DNA of 64,000 nucleotides from Pseudomonadota bacterium (GTDB lineage Bacteria; Pseudomonadota; Gammaproteobacteria; Legionellales; Legionellaceae): NCBI GenBank assembly GCA_021848965.1, contig JAJZTL010000001.1, positions 1,910 to 65,909 of the forward strand, read 5' to 3'. Shown piece by piece: positions 57,958 to 64,000 of this stretch (position 1 is its first letter; each line of letters starts with the position of its first letter). The notes under the pieces were generated by a model. It saw only the letters and a program-made list of their open reading frames with translations, ran no database searches and was not told where the DNA came from. The position numbers and the translations under genes were made by a program.

Positions 57958-59130
57958 ATGTCAATTGAAATTAAAGTGCCAATGTTACCGGAATCTGTCT
58001 CTGATGCCACAGTATTAACATGGCATAAAAAAGAGGGAGACGCAGTTAAGCGCGATGAAACTCTCATTGAATTAGAAACGGATAAGGTGGTTTTAGAAGT
58101 GCCTGCACCGGCTGATGGTGTCTTAGGGAAAATTTTGCAGGTAGTCGGCGCTGTTGTACATGGTAGTGATGTTTTAGCTACCATAGAAGAGGGTGCTGCC
58201 TCCTCAGTAAAGCAATCGGATAAAGAAGAAAAAGTAACCATTGCCACTGATGCAGCTGCTTCACCTTCGGTGCGTCAATTACTCAAAGAACATAATTTAG
58301 ATGTTCATCAAGTATCTGGAACAGGTAAAGATGGCAAAATTTTAAAAGAAGATGTATTAGCCGTCGTAAATACACCTGTTGCAAAAGAAAAAACCAATAT
58401 ATCCTCTGCGCCTGTAATAGTTTCTGGCGAACGTCCTGAAAAACGCGTACCTATGTCACGATTACGTGCTAAAGTGGCTGAACGGCTTTTATCTGCGCAG
58501 CATGAGGCTGCTATGTTAACAACATTTAATGAAGTGAATTTACAAGCCGTCATGACATTACGCTCTCAATATCAAGAAAAATTTGAGAAACGTCATGGGG
58601 TGCGACTAGGCTTTATGTCTTTTTTCTGCAAAGCTGTTGTTGAAGCGCTGAAGCGTTTTCCTGCCGTCAATGCGTCCATAGATGGAACAGATATTGTTTA
58701 TCATGGATATTATGATATCGGTGTGGCAGTTTCTACCGATCGAGGATTGGTTGTTCCTGTGTTAAGAGATGCCGATCAACTAGGTATGGCTGACATAGAA
58801 AAAAATATTGCAGATTATGCAACACGTGCACGCAATGGAAAACTCAGCATTGAGGAAATGCAAGGTGGAACATTTACCATTACCAATGGTGGAGTTTTTG
58901 GCTCATTATTAGCAACACCTATTATTAATCCACCACAAACGGGTATTTTAGGCATGCATAAAATTCAAGAACGCCCTATTGCTGAAAATGGTACTGTGGT
59001 GATTCGACCCATGATGTATGTTGCATTATCATATGATCATCGCCTCATTGATGGTAAAGAATCGGTCCAGTTCTTAGTAGCAGTAAAAGAGCTTTTAGAA
59101 GATCCTAGTCGACTTTTGTTGGATGTTTAA
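57958..59130 (+). CDS. sucB: Dihydrolipoyllysine-residue succinyltransferase (E2 of 2-oxoglutarate dehydrogenase)
   Basis: Lipoyl domain ([13 protein letters not shown]), E3-binding domain ([11 protein letters not shown]), catalytic SYDHRLIDG. Confidence 0.95.
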   Translation: MSIEIKVPMLPESVSDATVLTWHKKEGDAVKRDETLIELETDKVVLEVPAPADGVLGKILQVVGAVVHGSDVLATIEEGAASSVKQSDKEEKVTIATDAAASPSVRQLLKEHNLDVHQVSGTGKDGKILKEDVLAVVNTPVAKEKTNISSAPVIVSGERPEKRVPMSRLRAKVAERLLSAQHEAAMLTTFNEVNLQAVMTLRSQYQEKFEKRHGVRLGFMSFFCKAVVEALKRFPAVNASIDGTDIVYHGYYDIGVAVSTDRGLVVPVLRDADQLGMADIEKNIADYATRARNGKLSIEEMQGGTFTITNGGVFGSLLATPIINPPQTGILGMHKIQERPIAENGTVVIRPMMYVALSYDHRLIDGKESVQFLVAVKELLEDPSRLLLDV

Positions 59131-59149
59131 TTAATTATTAGGGTAAAAA

Positions 59150-60316
59150 ATGAATTTACATGAATATCAAGCCAAAGAATTATTGGCACAATATGGGTTA
59201 CCTGTGCCCAATGGACAAGTAGTTTCAAAGGCAAAAGAAGCGTTTGAAGCATTTGAAATGTTAGGAGGCAAACGATGTGTCGTCAAAGCACAAGTTCATG
59301 CAGGTGGGCGTGGTAAAGCAGGTGGTGTAAAGCTTTGCTCTACGAAAGAAGAGGTTGAACAAGCGGTTGAAGCTTTAATTGGCAGACGGCTTGTGACGTA
59401 TCAAACAGATGCGCATGGTCAGCCCATTAATTCTGTGCTTATTGAAGAAACGTCGAATATTGCACGTGAATTGTATTTAGGTGCAGTGCTTGATCGTGCA
59501 ACACGACGTGTTGTATTTATGGCTTCGACGGAAGGTGGAGTAGATATTGAGACTATTGCTCATGAATCACCCGAAAAAATTCTAAAAATTATTGTTGATC
59601 CACTTTTGGGGGTATTACCTTATCAAGCGCGAGAATTGGGATTTGCATTAAAACTACCCGAAAAAGCAATGAAAACATTTGCTCCATTATTAGTTGGTTT
59701 AGGCAAGATGTTTGTAGAACAAGATTTAAGTTTGTTAGAAATTAATCCTTTAGTCATTACAGCTGAAGATGATTTAGTTTGCTTAGATGCGAAAATTAAC
59801 ATAGACGATAATGCATTATTTCGACAAGCCGCATTAAAAGACATGCGTGATAGCTCTCAAGAAGATGATCGAATTAATCGTGCGCAAGCATGGGAATTAA
59901 ATTATGTTCCTTTAGAGGGAGACATTGGCTGCATGGTAAATGGTGCTGGGCTTGCTATGGCAACAATGGACGTAATTCAACTTTACGGCGGAAAGCCTGC
60001 CAATTTTCTCGATGTAGGCGGTGGCGCGACAAAAGAACGCGTAACAGAAGCGTTTAAAATCATTTTAGCCGATAGCAATGTTAAGGGCATTTTGGTCAAC
60101 ATTTTTGGTGGTATCGTACGTTGTGACTTAATAGCAGATGGTATTATTGGCGCAGTAATGGAAGTGGAAGTTAAAGTGCCTGTCGTTGTAAGACTGGAAG
60201 GAAATAATGCCGATTTAGGTGCTGAAAAATTAAAGTCCAGTGGATTGAATATTATTCCTGCAACTAGTTTAGCTGATGGCGCGCAGAAAATTATCCAAGC
60301 TGTTAATAAAAGCTAA
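59150..60316 (+). CDS. sucC: Succinyl-CoA synthetase beta subunit
   Basis: [12 protein letters not shown] start, ATP-grasp, [15 protein letters not shown]. Confidence 0.97.
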   Translation: MNLHEYQAKELLAQYGLPVPNGQVVSKAKEAFEAFEMLGGKRCVVKAQVHAGGRGKAGGVKLCSTKEEVEQAVEALIGRRLVTYQTDAHGQPINSVLIEETSNIARELYLGAVLDRATRRVVFMASTEGGVDIETIAHESPEKILKIIVDPLLGVLPYQARELGFALKLPEKAMKTFAPLLVGLGKMFVEQDLSLLEINPLVITAEDDLVCLDAKINIDDNALFRQAALKDMRDSSQEDDRINRAQAWELNYVPLEGDIGCMVNGAGLAMATMDVIQLYGGKPANFLDVGGGATKERVTEAFKIILADSNVKGILVNIFGGIVRCDLIADGIIGAVMEVEVKVPVVVRLEGNNADLGAEKLKSSGLNIIPATSLADGAQKIIQAVNKS

Positions 60317-60344
60317 TAATAAATAATTACAAGGGAAACAAAGT

Positions 60345-61214
60345 ATGAGTATTCTAATTAACAAAGAAACTAAGGTAATTTGCCAAGGATTTACCGGAAA
60401 ACAAGGAACTTTTCATTCGGAACAAGGAATTGCATATGGAACAAAAATGGTGGGGGGTGTGACTCCCGGAAAAGGAGGACAAAAGCATTTAGGGCTACCT
60501 GTGTTTGATACAGTAAAAGATGCTGTCCAAGAAACAGGAGCAACAGCAAGTATGATTTATGTACCTGCTCCCTTTTGTAAAGACTCCATTATTGAAGCAG
60601 CTGAAGCAGGAATAAAATTAATTGTCTGTATTACGGAAGGTATTCCAACAATAGATATGCTTCAAGTGAAAGTTTATTTAGACAATAACCTAGGTGTTCG
60701 TTTAATTGGGCCTAATTGTCCTGGAATCATCACACCTGGCGAATGCAAAATGGGTATTATGCCTGGCTATATTCATAAACCTGGTAAGATTGGGATTGTT
60801 TCTCGCTCAGGAACTTTAACCTATGAAGCAGTTAAACAAACAACTGATGCTGGTGTAGGTCAAAGTACCTGTGTTGGTATTGGTGGCGATCCAATTCCTG
60901 GTACTTCTTTTATTGATGTATTAGCACTTTTCGAAAAAGATCCACAAACTGAAGCCATCATCATGGTGGGTGAAATTGGAGGAACTGCTGAAGAAGAAGC
61001 GGCTGCATTCATTAAAGAACATGTGACAAAGCCTGTAGTATCTTATATCGCGGGTGTAAGTGCTCCTGCTGGCAAGCGTATGGGACATGCTGGCGCTATT
61101 ATCTCTGGAGGCAAAGGTACCGCAGCAGATAAATTTGCAGCCCTTGAAGAAGCGGGTGTTATCACTGTTAAATCTCCGGGAGAACTAGGCGCGGCTATTA
61201 TCAAAGTTGTGTAG
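60345..61214 (+). CDS. sucD: Succinyl-CoA synthetase alpha subunit
   Basis: [24 protein letters not shown], catalytic GHAGAII. Confidence 0.97.
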   Translation: MSILINKETKVICQGFTGKQGTFHSEQGIAYGTKMVGGVTPGKGGQKHLGLPVFDTVKDAVQETGATASMIYVPAPFCKDSIIEAAEAGIKLIVCITEGIPTIDMLQVKVYLDNNLGVRLIGPNCPGIITPGECKMGIMPGYIHKPGKIGIVSRSGTLTYEAVKQTTDAGVGQSTCVGIGGDPIPGTSFIDVLALFEKDPQTEAIIMVGEIGGTAEEEAAAFIKEHVTKPVVSYIAGVSAPAGKRMGHAGAIISGGKGTAADKFAALEEAGVITVKSPGELGAAIIKVV

Positions 61215-61443
61215 CTTATTCTCCAGCTATAAAACCATAATTTTCTGTGATCCGTTGCTCAAATACTTGCGTGTATACTGGGCAGCGGTCATCAAAATTC
61301 ATGGCTCGGCATCGTCAACTTAATTTTTCATAGATAAGAATATCCATAACCCATTTTTCATTAAGCGCAAAAAAGTCGTTTTGCTTCATACCAAATGTTG
61401 AAGAAGTGCCACCAGTGGTTATTTTTCGGATTTTATTCAAAAT

Positions 61444-61475
61444 ATAATTCTACATTAAGGATTTTACTGTATAGT
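61444..61475 (+). promoter_or_regulatory. PmrA-type tandem box plus -10 upstream of the 466-aa orphan
   Basis: ATAAT (61444-61448), N6, TTAAG (61455-61459), N10, TATAGT (61470-61475). Spacing is identical to the other two sites. Confidence 0.45.
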
Positions 61476-61515
61476 TCATCTTTTCAAAATTCACATAGAA
61501 ATTAAACATTACATT

Positions 61516-62916
61516 ATGAAGTACCCATTTGAACAGAATCAGATCTATCAAAATGCTCAAAAGTTTCTCCAACAATTTGCAACCCATTTTTCCATTGATC
61601 TGAAGAGCATTACTGAAAAAAGATTTGAGAGAGAACCCGATCAAGCTCCTTATGTCGTCATGAAAATACCTTTCCCAGATATAGATTCTGCTACTCATGC
61701 ACATAATTATTTACAGTCATTAGGTGAAACTTGGCTTTATTTGAGCGAAAGTGTGCTTAATTTCCATATTTTTCCTGAGCCAAATGCTAGAAGAAACAAT
61801 CCATATATTCAAGTTTATCATTTAGAAAATTTTGATGGCGAAGAAATAAAAACGGCTGAGGCTTTAGCATCTCTAGAAGCTCAACCTTCTCAAACACCAC
61901 CCGAAGCTACTTTAAGTACAGATTTTTCTTGTAATCCAGATGCCTTTTTGAAAGTTTTAATCCAATTGTATCAAACATTGAAAAAATTAGATGCTGATGT
62001 TGAAATTCGCTATCATACTCATGACCAATTAGAATATGATGCGGAGGAAAATGTTTATAATTATTTGAACCTTGTTTTCAGTAATGCTCAAAATGCCATG
62101 GTAGTCGTTGGCGCTCTCCGCAAATGTGGTGATACTTTTTTTATTTATGATGCTGAAAAAAACAGCAATACGGTAGTTTATATTTATAATTTAAGTTGTG
62201 AGTCCAATAATGTTGGTTTTCAGGAATTATTGCAACTAGACGATGAAAACTGGAACTTAGACGCATTAAGGGAATTAGCTCAAAAAACGAGTAATAATAG
62301 AGTTTCAAAAGCTGACTTAGCAATAGATTCTTCAAAAGCCGCTAACAGAAAAATTATTAGTTGGGCAGATTTGGTTAAAGCTCCTGGAGAAAGAATGCAC
62401 ACTCCTGCATTTACTACGGAGTATTTACCAAAAAATTATGGCTGCAATCTTGATAATCTGCAAAAACTTCTTACTCCATTAGTCGGTACTATTACTATTA
62501 ATATTGAGAGTATGAATAGAAGCATAGAAAAATGGAATGATTCTTTGTTAGATGTTCGTATTACTATTGAAATTACTGGTAAAGAGTTGCAACACCTGCT
62601 ACCCATTTTATATCAAACAATGAGTCAATCAGACAACTTATTCAACACTGGTGCTTTAGGCTTTAATGCTGAAACGGGTGAAATAACCTATACTTTCAAG
62701 ATTCATGAAGATAATTTTTTCTACCAGATGAACATTAGTCAAGAGATAATCTCTACCTTTAGCGCGAAATTTTTTCAAAATCGCAGAGAACGTCTTCATC
62801 TAATATCACAAGCAAGCGTGGCTAACTATAGATATGACGGTACAATGTTTAAACAACCAGAGGAACAAATATCACCCCAGGCTATTTTGACTAATCGCCT
62901 CGGCTTTGTTTCCTAA
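61516..62916 (+). CDS. Hypothetical protein (effector candidate), 3' end apparently supplied by an IS inverted-repeat remnant
   Basis: 466-aa ORF with no recognisable family. The last codons GGC TTT GTT TCC TAA lie within an IS903-type IR-like sequence. Confidence 0.6.
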   Translation: MKYPFEQNQIYQNAQKFLQQFATHFSIDLKSITEKRFEREPDQAPYVVMKIPFPDIDSATHAHNYLQSLGETWLYLSESVLNFHIFPEPNARRNNPYIQVYHLENFDGEEIKTAEALASLEAQPSQTPPEATLSTDFSCNPDAFLKVLIQLYQTLKKLDADVEIRYHTHDQLEYDAEENVYNYLNLVFSNAQNAMVVVGALRKCGDTFFIYDAEKNSNTVVYIYNLSCESNNVGFQELLQLDDENWNLDALRELAQKTSNNRVSKADLAIDSSKAANRKIISWADLVKAPGERMHTPAFTTEYLPKNYGCNLDNLQKLLTPLVGTITINIESMNRSIEKWNDSLLDVRITIEITGKELQHLLPILYQTMSQSDNLFNTGALGFNAETGEITYTFKIHEDNFFYQMNISQEIISTFSAKFFQNRRERLHLISQASVANYRYDGTMFKQPEEQISPQAILTNRLGFVS

Positions 62917-62923
62917 CCTCGCG

Positions 62924-64000
62924 GGCTTTGTTTCTTAGCCCTACGCTTTGTGGTTTTTTTGTGAAATTTAGGCGGATCTATAGCTTATTGGCATTCCAAG
63001 CGATGTCATTTTATTGAGCACACCGCAGCCGATCATTGCCTCCATTTTTTGTCGATCAAAATCTCTTGCATGCATCGTATCCCACAGAATTTTTTGATAT
63101 CGTTGCATAGCCAATTCAGATAGATTTCGGCGTCCGTATTCTCTATTTTTTTGCCAGGCCATTCGTCCATTGTCTTTAATTTCTTGGATATTACGATTTC
63201 TCAAAACTGCTGCTTCAACTTTGATAACCGCATCTTCTCTAGGCGGAATAACTATATCCGATTCAGGAGAATGCTCAGTAATTGCTTGATATACATGATC
63301 TTTGTCATACGCGCCATCGCCTGAAAAATGTTCAATTGGATCGATAACTTGTTCCAGTAAAGCTTCAACTTGTTGATCATCTTGGTCAAATCGATCGGTT
63401 AATACACAAGCTTCAATATAATGATTTTGGTTCACAGCCGCATGAAATTTACGCCAACTCGCTTTGCTCGATAGTTCATATTTTTCTTGGTGCCATTCGC
63501 CTCGTCCAAAACGTTTCAATCCAGTAGAATCAACCGTTATCGCATGCACATCGTCATCAGGCTTATCTGTTTTTTTATAACGTGGCGTCTTTATGTTTAA
63601 TTCTTTTAATCGTTTACTTAATACGCTAAAGTCAGGGCAAGATAACGGAACATTCAAGATGCGAAATAACGAATCGATAAATCCTTGACACTGTCGAAGA
63701 GGCAACCGATATACTTGGCGAATTTCATGACAAATGATAATCGAAAAATCTGTGTATAGCCTTGGCGTTCCCGTACCATCATAAACTCTTTCTTGTTCAT
63801 ACCATTTTGAAATAACGTCTTCAGAAAGCCAAAAAGTGATATCTCCACGGCGACGCAAGGCCTCGTTGTATTCAGACCAATTTTTTAATTTATATTTTTG
63901 TTTCGGTACGTTCCAACCTTTTTTCTGGGGATATTTGTTTGGCATTAATTTTCGCGCTCATGAGATGATTTTTAATGAATAAGATGATAGCATGGGTGCA
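62924..64000 (-). mobile_element. IS5-family (IS903-group) insertion sequence; right end beyond the window
   Basis: The left terminal repeat GGCTTTGTTTCTTAGCC (62924-62940) resembles the IS903 IR GGCTTTGTTGAATAAATC. One transposase ORF. No matching right IR before 64000. Confidence 0.8.
62968..63945 (-). CDS. IS903-like DDE transposase
   Basis: NWSEYNEALRRRGDITFWL, LRQCQGFIDSLF, VDSTGLKRFGRGEW, SGDGAYD, IPPR, and a LNKMTSLGMPISYRSA tail parallel the IS903 transposase. Confidence 0.9.
   Translation of the reverse strand: MPNKYPQKKGWNVPKQKYKLKNWSEYNEALRRRGDITFWLSEDVISKWYEQERVYDGTGTPRLYTDFSIIICHEIRQVYRLPLRQCQGFIDSLFRILNVPLSCPDFSVLSKRLKELNIKTPRYKKTDKPDDDVHAITVDSTGLKRFGRGEWHQEKYELSSKASWRKFHAAVNQNHYIEACVLTDRFDQDDQQVEALLEQVIDPIEHFSGDGAYDKDHVYQAITEHSPESDIVIPPREDAVIKVEAAVLRNRNIQEIKDNGRMAWQKNREYGRRNLSELAMQRYQKILWDTMHARDFDRQKMEAMIGCGVLNKMTSLGMPISYRSA

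Noticed and set aside
57958-59130. sucB without an upstream sucA (E1) gene
   Set aside because: This is odd relative to the common sucABCD layout. However, sucA may simply lie elsewhere in the genome, which cannot be evaluated from this window.
61215-61443. Short minus-strand ORF fragments after sucD (for example MNFDDRCPVYTQVFEQRITENYGFIAGE, ..NHWWHFFNIWYEAKRLF..) as toxin-antitoxin or IS pseudogene remnants
   Set aside because: The fragments are too short and interrupted, and no family is recognisable by eye. They would need TBLASTN against relatives.
1-64000. CRISPR arrays, tRNA/rRNA genes, prophage or integron structures
   Set aside because: I saw no regularly spaced direct repeats, no tRNA-like T-arm (GGTTCGAATCC-type) sequences in intergenic regions, no rRNA signatures, and no integrase or phage structural genes.

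Overview
This is an AT-rich gammaproteobacterial chromosome segment. I found no rRNA, tRNA or CRISPR. The housekeeping backbone is radA (partial), two Gly-zipper lipoproteins, alr, dnaB, an HU-like gene, dapE, comM, ubiK-nadA, pdxH, coaBC, ldcA, ndk-rlmN-pilW, gpmI-envC-ctp, map, ansA, an OmpA-like lipoprotein and sucBCD. Accessory genes are interleaved with it. They include an orphan bimodular NRPS (C*-A-T-C-A-T-R, 7.4 kb). A 6.8-kb gene encodes a ~2270-aa protein joining a SecA-type DEAD motor to a vWA/MIDAS-like module. There is a candidate SopB/IpgD-like CX5R phosphoinositide phosphatase with an acidic tail. A two-gene operon encodes polytopic membrane proteins, one ending in a CaaX box (CIIC). 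There are also several orphan ORFs, two stand-alone AAA ATPase genes (one looks like an inserted cassette), an RND pump, an FAD-protein/MFS/DUF45 operon and an IS903-group IS5-family element at the right edge. The non-coding DNA holds three REPIN-like GTAG-palindrome doublets. A second G/C-rich 41-43-bp palindromic element occurs once as a terminator and once in frame inside the NRPS A2 domain. Tandem TAA-N8-TAA-N11-TATAnT boxes (PmrA-type geometry) precede 3-4 orphan genes. By inference, these features point to an intracellular Legionellales-like organism with Dot/Icm-type effectors. The strongest candidates for something new are the giant SecA-like/vWA protein, the palindromic element colonising the NRPS, and the box-marked orphan gene set.
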